A DNA stretch of 64,000 nt from Eledone cirrhosa (lineage: Eukaryota): NCBI GenBank assembly GCA_964016885.1, contig OZ024743.1, positions 333,436,001 through 333,500,000 of the forward strand. The letters run 5' to 3'. Below are positions 48,101 to 63,100 of the stretch, in pieces. The number at the start of each line of letters is the position of its first letter. The first letter of the stretch is position 1. Under the pieces are notes generated by a model that was not told where the DNA came from, made no database searches, and saw only the letters and a list, made by a program, of their open reading frames with translations. The translations under genes were made by a program, and so were the position numbers.

Positions 48101-51100
48101 GTGGTGCCCCAGCATGGCTGCAGTTTGATGACTGAAACCAGTAAAGAGTGTGGTGCTCCAGCATGGCTGCAGTTTGATGACTGAAACCAGTAAAGAGTGT
48201 AGTGCCCCATCATGGCTGCAGTTTGATGACTGAAACCAGTAAAGAGTGTGGTGCTCCAGCATGGCTGCAGTTTGATGACTGAAACCAGTAAAGAGTGTAG
48301 TGTCCCAGCATGGCTGCAGTTTGACGACTGAAACCAGTAAAGAGTGTAGTGCCCCATCATGGCTGTAGTTTGATGACTGAAACCAGTAAAGAGTGTGGTG
48401 CCCCAGCATGGCTGCAGTTTAATGACTGAAACCAGTAAAGAGTGTGGTGCTCCAGCATGGCTGCAGTTTGATGACTGAAACCAGTAAAGAGTGTAGTGCC
48501 CCATCATGGCTGTAGTTTGATGACTGAAACCAGTAAAGAGTGTAGTGCCCCAGCATGGCTGCAGTTTGATGACTGAAACCAGTAAAGAGTGTAGTGCCCC
48601 AGCATGGCTGCAGTTTAATGACTGAAACCTGTAAAGAGTGTAGTGCCCCAGCATGGCTGCAGTTTAATGACTGAAACCAGTAAAGAGTGTGGTGCTCCAG
48701 CATGGCTGCAGTTTGATGACTGAAACCAGTAAAGAGTGTAGTGCCCCAGCATGGCTGCAGTTTGATGACTGAAACCAGTAAAGAGTGTGGTGCTCCAGCA
48801 TGGCTGCAGTTTGATGACTGAAACCAGTAAAGAGTGTAGTGCCCCAGCATGGCTGCAGTTTAATGACTGAAACCAGTAAAGAGTGTAGTGCCCCATCATG
48901 GCTGCAGTTTGATGACTGAAACCAGTAAAGAGTGTGGTGCCCCAGCATGGCTGCAGTTTGATGACTGAAACCAGTAAAGAGTGTAGTGCCCCATCATGGC
49001 TGCAGTTTGATGACTGAAACCAGTAAAGAGTGTAGTGCCCCATCATGGCTGCAGTTTGATGACTGAAACCAGTAAAGAGTGTGGTGCCCCAGCATGGCTG
49101 CAGTTTAATGACTGAAACCAGTAAAGAGTGTAGTGCCCCATCATGGCTGCAGTTTGATGACTGAAACCAGTAAAGAGTGTGGTTCCCCAGCATGGCTGCA
49201 GTTTGATGACTGAAACCAGTAAAGAGTGTAGTGTCCCAGCATGGCTGCAGTTTGATGACTGAAACCAGTAAAGAGTGTAGTGCCCCATCATGGCTGCAGT
49301 TTGATGACTGAAACCAGTAAAGAGTGTAGTGTCCCAGCATGGCTGCAGTTTGATGACTGAAACCAGTAAAGAGTGTAGTGCCCCATCATGGCTGCAGTTT
49401 GATGACTGAAACCAGTAAAGAGTGTGGTTCCCCAGCATGGCTGCAGTTTGATGACTGAAACCAGTAAAGAGTGTAGTGTCCCAGCATGGCTGCAGTTTGA
49501 TGACTGAAACCAGTAAAGAGTGTAGTGCCCCATCATGGCTGCAGTTTGATGACTGAAACCAGTAAAGAGTGTAGTGTCCCAGCATGGCTGCAGTTTGATG
49601 ACTGAAACCAGTAAAGAGTGTAGTGCCCCATCATGGCTGCAGTTTGATGACTGAAACCAGTAAAGAGTTTAGTGCCCCGTCATGGCTGCAGTTTGATGAC
49701 TGAAACCAGTAAAGAGTGTAGTGCCCCATCATGGCTGCAGTTTAATGACTGAAACCAGTAAAGAGTGTAGTGCCCCATCATGGCTGCAGTTTGATGACTG
49801 AAACCAGTAAAGAGTGTAGTGCCCCATCATGGCTGCAGTTTGATGACTGAAACCAGTAAAGAGTGTGGTGCCCCATCATGGCTGCAGTTTGATGACTGAA
49901 ACCAGTAAAGAGTGTAGTGTCCCAGCATGGCTGCAGTTTGATGACTGAAACCAGTAAAGAGTGTAGTGCCCCATCATGGCTGCAGTTTGATGACTGAAAC
50001 CAGTAAAGAGTGTGGTTCCCCAGCATGGCTGCAGTTTGATGACTGAAACCAGTAAAGAGTGTAGTGTCCCAGCATGGCTGCAGTTTGATGACTGAAACCA
50101 GTAAAGAGTGTAGTGCCCCATCATGGCTGCAGTTTGATGACTGAAACCAGTAAAGAGTGTGGTTCCCCAGCATGGCTGCAGTTTGATGACTGAAACCAGT
50201 AAAGAGTGTAGTGTCCCAGCATGGCTGCAGTTTGATGACTGAAACCAGTAAAGAGTGTAGTGCCCCATCATGGCTGCAGTTTGATGACTGAAACCAGTAA
50301 AGAGTGTGGTTCCCCAGCATGGCTGCAGTTTGATGACTGAAACCAGTAAAGAGTGTAGTGTCCCAGCATGGCTGCAGTTTGATGACTGAAACCAGTAAAG
50401 AGTGTAGTGCCCCATCATGGCTGCAGTTTGATGACTGAAACCAGTAAAGAGTGTAGTGTCCCAGCATGGCTGCAGTTTGATGACTGAAACCAGTAAAGAG
50501 TGTAGTGCCCCATCATGGCTGCAGTTTGATGACTGAAACCAGTAAAGAGTGTAGTGCCCCATCATGGCTGCAGTTTGATGACTGAAACCAGTAAAGAGTG
50601 TAGTGCCCCATCATGGCTGCAGTCTGATGACTGAAACCAGTAAAGAGTGTAGTGCCCCATCATGGCTGCAGTTTGATGACTGAAACCAGTAAAGAGTGTA
50701 GTGCCCCATCATGGCTGCAGTCTGATGACTGAAACCAGTAAAGAGTGTAGTGCCCCATCATGGCTGCAGTTTGATGACTGAAACCAGTAAAGAGTGTGGT
50801 TCCCCAGCATGGCTGCAGTTTGATGACTGAAACCAGTAAAGAGTGTAGTGTCCCAGCATGGCTGCAGTTTGATGACTGAAACCAGTAAAGAGTGTAGTGC
50901 CCCATCATGGCTGCAGTTTGATGACTGAAACCAGTAAAGAGTGTAGTGTCCCAGCATGGCTGCAGTTTGATGACTGAAACCAGTAAAGAGTGTAGTGCCC
51001 CATCATGGCTGCAGTTTGATGACTGAAACCAGTAAAGAGTGTAGTGTCCCAGCATGGCTGCAGTTTGATGACTGAAACCAGTAAAGAGTGTAGTGCCCCA

Positions 51101-54100
51101 TCATGGCTGCAGTTTGATGACTGAAACCAGTAAAGAGTGTAGTGCCCCATCATGGCTGCAGTCTGATGACTGAAACCAGTAAAGAGTGTAGTGCCCCATC
51201 ATGGCTGCAGTTTGATGACTGAAACCAGTAAAGAGTGTAGTGCCCCATCATGGCTGCAGTCTGATGACTGAAACCAGTAAAGAGTGTAGTGCCCCATCAT
51301 GGCTGCAGTTTGATGACTGAAACCAGTAAAGAGTGTGGTTCCCCAGCATGGCTGCAGTTTGATGACTGAAACCAGTAAAGAGTGTAGTGTCCCAGCATGG
51401 CTGCAGTTTGATGACTGAAACCAGTAAAGAGTGTAGTGCCCCATCATGGCTGCAGTTTGATGACTGAAACCAGTAAAGAGTGTAGTGTCCCAGCATGGCT
51501 GCAGTTTGATGACTGAAACCAGTAAAGAGTGTAGTGCCCCATCATGGCTGCAGTTTGATGACTGAAACCAGTAAAGAGTGTAGTGCCCCATCATGGCTGC
51601 AGTTTGATGACTGAAACCAGTAAAGAGTGTAGTGCCCCATCATGGCTGCAGTTTGATGACTGAAACCAGTAAAGAGTGTAGTGCCCCATCATGGCTGCAG
51701 TCTGATGACTGAAACCAGTAAAGAGTGTAGTGCCCCATCATGGCTGCAGTTTGATGACTGAAACCAGTAAAGAGTGTGGTGCCCCATCATGGCTGCAGTC
51801 TGATGACTGAAACCAGTAAAGAGTGTGGTGCCCCAGCATGGCTGCAGTTTAATGACTGAAACCAGTAAATAGTGTAGTGCCCCATCATGGCTGCAGTTTG
51901 ATGACTGAAACCAGTAAAGAGTGTAGTGTCCCAGCATGGCTGCAGTTTGATGACTGAAACCAGTAAAGAGTGTAGTGCCCCATCATGGCTGCAGTCTGAT
52001 GACTGAAACCAGTAAAGAGTGTAGTGCCCCATCATGGCTGCAGTCTGATGACTGAAACCAGTAAAGAGTGTAGTGCCCCATCATGGCTGCAGTTTGATGA
52101 CTGAAACCAGTAAAGAGTGTGGTGCCCCATCATGGCTGCAGTCTGATGACTGAAACCAGTAAAGAGTGTAGTGCCCCATCATGGCTGCAGTCTGATGACT
52201 GAAACCAGTAAAGAGTGTGGTGCCCCAGCATGGCTGCAGTTTAATGACTGAAACCAGTAAAGAGTGTAGTGCCCCATCATGGCTGCAGTTTGATGACTGA
52301 AACCAGTAAAGAGTGTGGTGCCCCAGCATGGCTGCAGTTTAATGACTGAAACCAGTAAAGAGTGTAGTGCCCCATCATGGCTGCAGTTTGATGACTGAAA
52401 CCAGTAAAGAGTGTGGTGCCCCAGCATGGCTGCAGTTTAATGACTGAAACCTGTAAAGAGTGTAGTGCCCCAGCATGGCTGCAGTTTGATGACTGAAACC
52501 AGTAAAGAGTGTGGTGCCCCAGCATGGCTGCAGTTTAATGACTGAAACCAGTAAAGAGTGTAGTGCCCCATGATGGCTGCAGTTTGATGACTGAAACCAG
52601 TAAAGAGTGTGGTGCTCCAGCATGGCTGCAGTTTGATGACTGAAACCAGTAAAGAGTGTAGTGCCCCATCATGGCTGCAGTTTGATGACTGAAACCAGTA
52701 AAGAGTGTAGTGCCCCAGCATGGCTGCAGTTTAATGACTGAAACCAGTAAAGAGTGTAGTGCCCCAGCATGGCTGCAGTTTGATGACTGAAACCAGTAAA
52801 GAGTGTGGTGCTCCAGCATGGCTGCAGTTTGATGACTGAAACCAGTAAAGAGTGTAGTGCCCCATCATGGCTGCAGTTTGATGACTGAAACCAGTAAAGA
52901 GTGTAGTGCCCCAGCATGGCTGCAGTTTGATGACTGAAACCAGTAAAGAGTGTGGTGCTCCAGCATGGCTGCAGTTTGATGACTGAAACCAGTAAAGAGT
53001 GTAGTGCCCCAGCATGGCTGCAGTTTGATGACTGAAACCAGTAAAGAGTGTAGTGCCCCAGCATGGCTGCAGTTTGATGACTGAAACCAGTAAAGAGTGT
53101 GGTGCTCCAGCATGGCTGCAGTTTGATGACTGAAACCAGTAAAGAGTGTAGTGCCCCAGCATGGCTGCAGTTTGATGACTGAAACCAGTAAAGAGTGTGG
53201 TGCTCCAGCATGGCTGCAGTTTGATGACTGAAACCAGTAAAGAGTGTAGTGCCCCAGCATGGCTGCAGTTTAATGACTGAAACCAGTAAAGAGTGTAGTG
53301 CCCCATCATGGCTGCAGTTTGATGACTGAAACCAGTAAAGAGTGTGGTGCCCTAGCATGGCTGCAGTTTGATGACTGAAACCAGTAAAGAGTGTAGTGCC
53401 CCATCATGGCTGCAGTTTGATGACTGAAACCAGTAAAGAGTGTAGTGCCCCATCATGGCTGCAGTTTGATGACTGAAACCAGTAAAGAGTGTGGTGCCCC
53501 AGCATGGCTGCAGTTTAATGACTGAAACCAGTAAAGAGTGTAGTGCCCCATTATGGCTGCAGTTTGATGACTGAAACCAGTAAAGAGTGTGGTGCCCCAG
53601 CATGGCTGCAGTTTGATGACTGAAACCAGTAAAGAGTTTAGTGCCCCATCATGGCTGCAGTTTGATGACTGAAACCAGTAAAGAGTGTGGTGCTCCAGCA
53701 TGGCTGCAGTTTGATGACTGAAACCAGTAAAGAGTGTAGTGCCCCATCATGGCTGCAGTTTGATGACTGAAACCAGTAAAGAGTGTAGTGCCCCATCATG
53801 GCTGCAGTTTGATGACTGAAACCAGTAAAGAGTGTAGTGCCCCATCATGGCTGCAGTTTGATGACTGAAACCAGTAAAGAGTGTGGTGCCCCAGCATGGC
53901 TGCAGTTTAATGACTGAAACCAGTAAAGAGTGTAGTGCCCCATCATGGCTGCAGTTTGATGACTGAAACCAGTAAAGAGTGTGGTTCCCCAGCATGGCTG
54001 CAGTTTGATGACTGAAACCAGTAAAGAGTGTAGTGTCCCAGCATGGCTGCAGTTTGATGACTGAAACCAGTAAAGAGTGTAGTGCCCCATCATGGCTGCA

Positions 54101-57100
54101 GTTTGATGACTGAAACCAGTAAAGAGTGTAGTGTCCCAGCATGGCTGCAGTTTGATGACTGAAACCAGTAAAGAGTGTAGTGCCCCATCATGGCTGCAGT
54201 TTGATGACTGAAACCAGTAAAGAGTGTGGTTCCTCAGCATGGCTGCAGTTTGATGACTGAAACCAGTAAAGAGTGTAGTGTCCCAGCATGGCTGCAGTTT
54301 GATGACTGAAACCAGTAAAGAGTGTAGTGCCCCATCATGGCTGCAGTTTGATGACTGAAACCAGTAAAGAGTGTAGTGTCCCAGCATGGCTGCAGTTTGA
54401 TGACTGAAACCAGTAAAGAGTGTAGTGCCCCATCATGGCTGCAGTTTGATGACTGAAACCAGTAAAGAGTTTAGTGCCCCATCATGGCTGCAGTTTGATG
54501 ACTGAAACCAGTAAAGAGTGTAGTGCCCCATCATGGCTGCAGTTTGATGACTGAAACCAGTAAAGAGTGTAGTGTCCCAGCATGGCTGCAGTTTGATGAC
54601 TGAAACCAGTAAAGAGTGTAGTGCCCCATCATGGCTGCAGTTTGATGACTGAAACCAGTAAAGAGTGTGGTTCCCCAGCATGGCTGCAGTTTGATGACTG
54701 AAACCAGTAAAGAGTGTAGTGTCCCAGCATGGCTGCAGTTTGATGACTGAAACCAGTAAAGAGTGTAGTGCCCCATCATGGCTGCAGTTTGATGACTGAA
54801 ACCAGTAAAGAGTGTGGTTCCCCAGCATGGCTGCAGTTTGATGACTGAAACCAGTAAAGAGTGTAGTGTCCCAGCATGGCTGCAGTTTGATGACTGAAAC
54901 CAGTAAAGAGTGTAGTGCCCCATCATGGCTGCAGTTTGATGACTGAAACCAGTAAAGAGTGTGGTTCCCCAGCATGGCTGCAGTTTGATGACTGAAACCA
55001 GTAAAGAGTGTAGTGTCCCAGCATGGCTGCAGTTTGATGACTGAAACCAGTAAAGAGTGTAGTGCCCCATCATGGCTGCAGTTTGATGACTGAAACCAGT
55101 AAAGAGTGTAGTGTCCCAGCATGGCTGCAGTTTGATGACTGAAACCAGTAAAGAGTGTAGTGCCCCATCATGGCTGCAGTTTGATGACTGAAACCAGTAA
55201 AGAGTGTAGTGCCCCATCATGGCTGCAGTTTGATGACTGAAACCAGTAAAGAGTGTAGTGCCCCATCATGGCTGCAGTCTGATGACTGAAACCAGTAAAG
55301 AGTGTAGTGCCCCATCATGGCTGCAGTTTGATGACTGAAACCAGTAAAGAGTGTAGTGCCCCATCATGGCTGCAGTCTGATGACTGAAACCAGTAAAGAG
55401 TGTAGTGCCCCATCATGGCTGCAGTTTGATGACTGAAACCAGTAAAGAGTGTGGTTCCCCAGCATGGCTGCAGTTTGATGACTGAAACCAGTAAAGAGTG
55501 TAGTGTCCCAGCATGGCTGCAGTTTGATGACTGAAACCAGTAAAGAGTGTAGTGCCCCATCATGGCTGCAGTTTGATGACTGAAACCAGTAAAGAGTGTA
55601 GTGTCCCAGCATGGCTGCAGTTTGATGACTGAAACCAGTAAAGAGTGTAGTGCCCCATCATGGCTGCAGTTTGATGACTGAAACCAGTAAAGAGTGTAGT
55701 GTCCCAGCATGGCTGCAGTTTGATGACTGAAACCAGTAAAGAGTGTAGTGCCCCATCATGGCTGCAGTTTGATGACTGAAACCAGTAAAGAGTGTAGTGC
55801 CCCATCATGGCTGCAGTCTGATGACTGAAACCAGTAAAGAGTGTAGTGCCCCATCATGGCTGCAGTTTGATGACTGAAACCAGTAAAGAGTGTAGTGCCC
55901 CATCATGGCTGCAGTCTGATGACTGAAACCAGTAAAGAGTGTAGTGCCCCATCATGGCTGCAGTTTGATGACTGAAACCAGTAAAGAGTGTGGTTCCCCA
56001 GCATGGCTGCAGTTTGATGACTGAAACCAGTAAAGAGTGTAGTGTCCCAGCATGGCTGCAGTTTGATGACTGAAACCAGTAAAGAGTGTAGTGCCCCATC
56101 ATGGCTGCAGTTTGATGACTGAAACCAGTAAAGAGTGTAGTGTCCCAGCATGGCTGCAGTTTGATGACTGAAACCAGTAAAGAGTGTAGTGCCCCATCAT
56201 GGCTGCAGTTTGATGACTGAAACCAGTAAAGAGTGTAGTGCCCCATCATGGCTGCAGTTTGATGACTGAAACCAGTAAAGAGTGTAGTGCCCCATCATGG
56301 CTGCAGTTTGATGACTGAAACCAGTAAAGAGTGTAGTGCCCCATCATGGCTGCAGTCTGATGACTGAAACCAGTAAAGAGTGTAGTGCCCCATCATGGCT
56401 GCAGTTTGATGACTGAAACCAGTAAAGAGTGTGGTGCCCCATCATGGCTGCAGTCTGATGACTGAAACCAGTAAAGAGTGTGGTGCCCCAGCATGGCTGC
56501 AGTTTAATGACTGAAACCAGTAAATAGTGTAGTGCCCCATCATGGCTGCAGTTTGATGACTGAAACCAGTAAAGAGTGTAGTGTCCCAGCATGGCTGCAG
56601 TTTGATGACTGAAACCAGTAAAGAGTGTAGTGCCCCATCATGGCTGCAGTCTGATGACTGAAACCAGTAAAGAGTGTAGTGCCCCATCATGGCTGCAGTC
56701 TGATGACTGAAACCAGTAAAGAGTGTAGTGCCCCATCATGGCTGCAGTTTGATGACTGAAACCAGTAAAGAGTGTGGTGCCCCATCATGGCTGCAGTCTG
56801 ATGACTGAAACCAGTAAAGAGTGTAGTGCCCCATCATGGCTGCAGTCTGATGACTGAAACCAGTAAAGAGTGTGGTGCCCCAGCATGGCTGCAGTTTAAT
56901 GACTGAAACCAGTAAAGAGTGTAGTGCCCCATCATGGCTGCAGTTTGATGACTGAAACCAGTAAAGAGTGTGGTGCCCCAGCATGGCTGCAGTTTAATGA
57001 CTGAAACCAGTAAAGAGTGTAGTGCCCCATCATGGCTGCAGTTTGATGACTGAAACCAGTAAAGAGTGTGGTGCCCCAGCATGGCTGCAGTTTAATGACT

Positions 57101-60100
57101 GAAACCTGTAAAGAGTGTAGTGCCCCAGCATGGCTGCAGTTTGATGACTGAAACCAGTAAAGAGTGTGGTGCCCCAGCATGGCTGCAGTTTAATGACTGA
57201 AACCAGTAAAGAGTGTAGTGCCCCATGATGGCTGCAGTTTGATGACTGAAACCAGTAAAGAGTGTGGTGCTCCAGCATGGCTGCAGTTTGATGACTGAAA
57301 CCAGTAAAGAGTGTAGTGCCCCATCATGGCTGCAGTTTGATGACTGAAACCAGTAAAGAGTGTAGTGCCCCAGCATGGCTGCAGTTTAATGACTGAAACC
57401 AGTAAAGAGTGTAGTGCCCCAGCATGGCTGCAGTTTGATGACTGAAACCAGTAAAGAGTGTGGTGCTCCAGCATGGCTGCAGTTTGATGACTGAAACCAG
57501 TAAAGAGTGTAGTGCCCCATCATGGCTGCAGTTTGATGACTGAAACCAGTAAAGAGTGTAGTGCCCCAGCATGGCTGCAGTTTGATGACTGAAACCAGTA
57601 AAGAGTGTGGTGCTCCAGCATGGCTGCAGTTTGATGACTGAAACCAGTAAAGAGTGTAGTGCCCCAGCATGGCTGCAGTTTGATGACTGAAACCAGTAAA
57701 GAGTGTAGTGCCCCAGCATGGCTGCAGTTTGATGACTGAAACCAGTAAAGAGTGTGGTGCTCCAGCATGGCTGCAGTTTGATGACTGAAACCAGTAAAGA
57801 GTGTAGTGCCCCAGCATGGCTGCAGTTTGATGACTGAAACCAGTAAAGAGTGTGGTGCTCCAGCATGGCTGCAGTTTGATGACTGAAACCAGTAAAGAGT
57901 GTAGTGCCCCAGCATGGCTGCAGTTTAATGACTGAAACCAGTAAAGAGTGTAGTGCCCCATCATGGCTGCAGTTTGATGACTGAAACCAGTAAAGAGTGT
58001 GGTGCCCTAGCATGGCTGCAGTTTGATGACTGAAACCAGTAAAGAGTGTAGTGCCCCATCATGGCTGCAGTTTGATGACTGAAACCAGTAAAGAGTGTAG
58101 TGCCCCATCATGGCTGCAGTTTGATGACTGAAACCAGTAAAGAGTGTGGTGCCCCAGCATGGCTGCAGTTTAATGACTGAAACCAGTAAAGAGTGTAGTG
58201 CCCCATTATGGCTGCAGTTTGATGACTGAAACCAGTAAAGAGTGTGGTGCCCCAGCATGGCTGCAGTTTGATGACTGAAACCAGTAAAGAGTTTAGTGCC
58301 CCATCATGGCTGCAGTTTGATGACTGAAACCAGTAAAGAGTGTGGTGCTCCAGCATGGCTGCAGTTTGATGACTGAAACCAGTAAAGAGTGTAGTGCCCC
58401 ATCATGGCTGCAGTTTGATGACTGAAACCAGTAAAGAGTGTAGTGCCCCATCATGGCTGCAGTTTGATGACTGAAACCAGTAAAGAGTGTAGTGCCCCAT
58501 CATGGCTGCAGTTTGATGACTGAAACCAGTAAAGAGTGTGGTGCCCCAGCATGGCTGCAGTTTAATGACTGAAACCAGTAAAGAGTGTAGTGCCCCATCA
58601 TGGCTGCAGTTTGATGACTGAAACCAGTAAAGAGTGTGGTTCCCCAGCATGGCTGCAGTTTGATGACTGAAACCAGTAAAGAGTGTAGTGTCCCAGCATG
58701 GCTGCAGTTTGATGACTGAAACCAGTAAAGAGTGTAGTGCCCCATCATGGCTGCAGTTTGATGACTGAAACCAGTAAAGAGTGTAGTGTCCCAGCATGGC
58801 TGCAGTTTGATGACTGAAACCAGTAAAGAGTGTAGTGCCCCATCATGGCTGCAGTTTGATGACTGAAACCAGTAAAGAGTGTGGTTCCCCAGCATGGCTG
58901 CAGTTTGATGACTGAAACCAGTAAAGAGTGTAGTGTCCCAGCATGGCTGCAGTTTGATGACTGAAACCAGTAAAGAGTGTAGTGCCCCATCATGGCTGCA
59001 GTTTGATGACTGAAACCAGTAAAGAGTGTAGTGTCCCAGCATGGCTGCAGTTTGATGACTGAAACCAGTAAAGAGTGTAGTGCCCCATCATGGCTGCAGT
59101 TTGATGACTGAAACCAGTAAAGAGTTTAGTGCCCCATCATGGCTGCAGTTTGATGACTGAAACCAGTAAAGAGTGTAGTGCCCCATCATGGCTGCAGTTT
59201 GATGACTGAAACCAGTAAAGAGTGTAGTGTCCCAGCATGGCTGCAGTTTGATGACTGAAACCAGTAAAGAGTGTAGTGCCCCATCATGGCTGCAGTTTGA
59301 TGACTGAAACCAGTAAAGAGTGTGGTTCCCCAGCATGGCTGCAGTTTGATGACTGAAACCAGTAAAGAGTGTAGTGTCCCAGCATGGCTGCAGTTTGATG
59401 ACTGAAACCAGTAAAGAGTGTAGTGCCCCATCATGGCTGCAGTTTGATGACTTAAACCAGTAAAGAGTGTGGTTCCCCAGCATGGCTGCAGTTTGATGAC
59501 TGAAACCAGTAAAGAGTGTAGTGTCCCAGCATGGCTGCAGTTTGATGACTGAAACCAGTAAAGAGTGTAGTGCCCCATCATGGCTGCAGTTTGATGACTG
59601 AAACCAGTAAAGAGTGTGGTTCCCCAGCATGGCTGCAGTTTGATGACTGAAACCAGTAAAGAGTGTAGTGTCCCAGCATGGCTGCAGTTTGATGACTGAA
59701 ACCAGTAAAGAGTGTAGTGCCCCATCATGGCTGCAGTTTGATGACTGAAACCAGTAAAGAGTGTAGTGTCCCAGCATGGCTGCAGTTTGATGACTGAAAC
59801 CAGTAAAGAGTGTAGTGCCCCATCATGGCTGCAGTTTGATGACTGAAACCAGTAAAGAGTTTAGTGCCCCATCATGGCTGCAGTTTGATGACTGAAACCA
59901 GTAAAGAGTGTAGTGCCCCATCATGGCTGCAGTTTGATGACTGAAACCAGTAAAGAGTGTAGTGCCCCATCATGGCTGCAGTCTGATGACTGAAACCAGT
60001 AAAGAGTGTGGTGCCCCAGCATGGCTGCAGTTTAATGACTGAAACCAGTAAAGAGTGTAGTGCCCCATCATGGCTGCAGTTTGATGACTGAAACCAGTAA

Positions 60101-63100
60101 AGAGTGTGGTGCCCCAGCATGGCTGCAGTTTAATGACTGAAACCTGTAAAGAGTGTAGTGCCCCAGCATGGCTGCAGTTTGATGACTGAAACCAGTAAAG
60201 AGTGTGGTGCCCCAGCATGGCTGCAGTTTAATGACTGAAACCAGTAAAGAGTGTAGTGCCCCATGATGGCTGCAGTTTGATGACTGAAACCAGTAAAGAG
60301 TGTGGTGCTCCAGCATGGCTGCAGTTTGATGACTGAAACCAGTAAAGAGTGTAGTGCCCCATCATGGCTGCAGTTTGATGACTGAAACCAGTAAAGAGTG
60401 TAGTGCCCCAGCATGGCTGCAGTTTAATGACTGAAACCAGTAAAGAGTGTAGTGCCCCAGCATGGCTGCAGTTTGATGACTGAAACCAGTAAAGAGTGTG
60501 GTGCTCCAGCATGGCTGCAGTTTGATGACTGAAACCAGTAAAGAGTGTAGTGCCCCATCATGGCTGCAGTTTGATGACTGAAACCAGTAAAGAGTGTAGT
60601 GCCCCAGCATGGCTGCAGTTTGATGACTGAAACCAGTAAAGAGTGTGGTGCTCCAGCATGGCTGCAGTTTGATGACTGAAACCAGTAAAGAGTGTAGTGC
60701 CCCAGCATGGCTGCAGTTTGATGACTGAAACCAGTAAAGAGTGTAGTGCCCCAGCATGGCTGCAGTTTGATGACTGAAACCAGTAAAGAGTGTGGTGCTC
60801 CAGCATGGCTGCAGTTTGATGACTGAAACCAGTAAAGAGTGTAGTGCCCCAGCATGGCTGCAGTTTGATGACTGAAACCAGTAAAGAGTGTGGTGCTCCA
60901 GCATGGCTGCAGTTTGATGACTGAAACCAGTAAAGAGTGTAGTGCCCCAGCATGGCTGCAGTTTAATGACTGAAACCAGTAAAGAGTGTAGTGCCCCATC
61001 ATGGCTGCAGTTTGATGACTGAAACCAGTAAAGAGTGTGGTGCCCTAGCATGGCTGCAGTTTGATGACTGAAACCAGTAAAGAGTGTAGTGCCCCATCAT
61101 GGCTGCAGTTTGATGACTGAAACCAGTAAAGAGTGTAGTGCCCCAGCATGGCTGCAGTTTGATGACTGAAACCAGTAAAGAGTGTAGTGCCCCATCATGG
61201 CTGCAGTTTGATGACTGAAACCAGTAAAGAGTGTAGTGCCCCATCATGGCTGCAGTTTGATGACTGAAACCAGTAAAGAGTGTGGTGCCCCAGCATGGCT
61301 GCAGTTTAATGACTGAAACCAGTAAAGAGTGTAGTGCCCCATTATGGCTGCAGTTTGATGACTGAAACCAGTAAAGAGTGTGGTGCCCCAGCATGGCTGC
61401 AGTTTGATGACTGAAACCAGTAAAGAGTTTAGTGCCCCATCATGGCTGCAGTTTGATGACTGAAACCAGTAAAGAGTGTGGTGCTCCAGCATGGCTGCAG
61501 TTTGATGACTGAAACCAGTAAAGAGTGTAGTGCCCCATCATGGCTGCAGTTTGATGACTGAAACCAGTAAAGAGTGTAGTGCCCCATCATGGCTGCAGTT
61601 TGATGACTGAAACCAGTAAAGAGTGTGGTGCCCCAGCATGGCTGCAGTTTAATGACTGAAACCTGTAAAGAGTGTAGTGCCCCAGCATGGCTGCAGTTTG
61701 ATGACTGAAACCAGTAAAGAGTGTGGTGCCCCAGCATGGCTGCAGTTTAATGACTGAAACCAGTAAAGAGTGTAGTGCCCCATCATGGCTGCAGTTTGAT
61801 GACTGAAACCAGTAAAGAGTGTAGTGCCCCAGCATGGCTGCAGTTTGATGACTGAAACCAGTAAAGAGTGTAGTGCCCCATCATGGCTGCAGTTTGATGA
61901 CTGAAACCAGTAAAGAGTGTGGTGCCCCAGCATGGCTGCAGTTTAATGACTGAAACCTGTAAAGAGTGTAGTGCCCCAGCATGGCTGCAGTTTGATGACT
62001 GAAACCAGTAAAGAGTGTGGTGCCCCAGCATGGCTGCAGTTTAATGACTGAAACCAGTAAAGAGTGTAGTGCCCCATCATGGCTGCAGTTTGATGACTGA
62101 AACCAGTAAAGAGTGTAGTGCCCCATCATGGCTGCAGTTTGATGACTGAAACCAGTAAAGAGTGTGGTGCCCCAGCATGGCTGCAGTTTAATGACTGAAA
62201 CCTGTAAAGAGTGTGGTGCCCCAGCATGGCTGCAGTTTGATGACTGAAACCAGTAAAGAGTGTAGTGCCCCATCATGGCTGCAGTTTGATGACTGAAACC
62301 AGTAAAGAGTGTGGTGCCCCAGCATGGCTGCAGTTTAATGACTGAAACCTGTAAAGAGTGTGGTGCCCCAGCATGGCTGCAGTTTGATGACTGAAACCAG
62401 TAAAGAGTGTGGTGCCCCAGCATGGCTGCAGTTTAATGACTGAAACCTGTAAAGAGTGTAGTGCCCCAGCATGGCTGCAGTTTGATGACTGAAACCAGTA
62501 AAGAGTGTGGTGCCCCAGCATGGCTGCAGTTTAATGACTGAAACCAGTAAAGAGTGTAGTGCCCCATCATGGCTGCAGTTTGATGACTGAAACCAGTAAA
62601 GAGTGTAGTGCCCCATCATGGCTGCAGTTTGATGACTGAAACCAGTAAAGAGTGTAGTGCCCCATCATGGCTGCAGTTTGATGACTGAAACCAGTAAAGA
62701 GTGTGGTGCCCCAGCATGGCTGCAGTTTAATGACTGAAACCTGTAAAGAGTGTTGTGCCCCAGCATGGCTGCAGTTTGATGACTGAAACCAGTAAAGAGT
62801 GTGGTGCCCCAGCATGGCTGCAGTTTAATGACTGAAACCAGTAAAGAGTGTAGTGCCCCATCATGGCTGCAGTTTGATGACTGAAACCAGTAAAGAGTGT
62901 AGTGCCCCAGCATGGCTGCAGTTTGATGACTGAAACCAGTAAAGAGTGTAGTGCCCCATCATGGCTGCAGTTTGATGACTGAAACCAGTAAAGAGTGTAG
63001 TGCCCCATCATGGCTGCAGTTTGATGACTGAAACCAGTAAAGAGTGTAGTGCCCCAGCATGGCTGCAGTTTGATGACTGAAACCAGTAAAGAGTGTGGTG

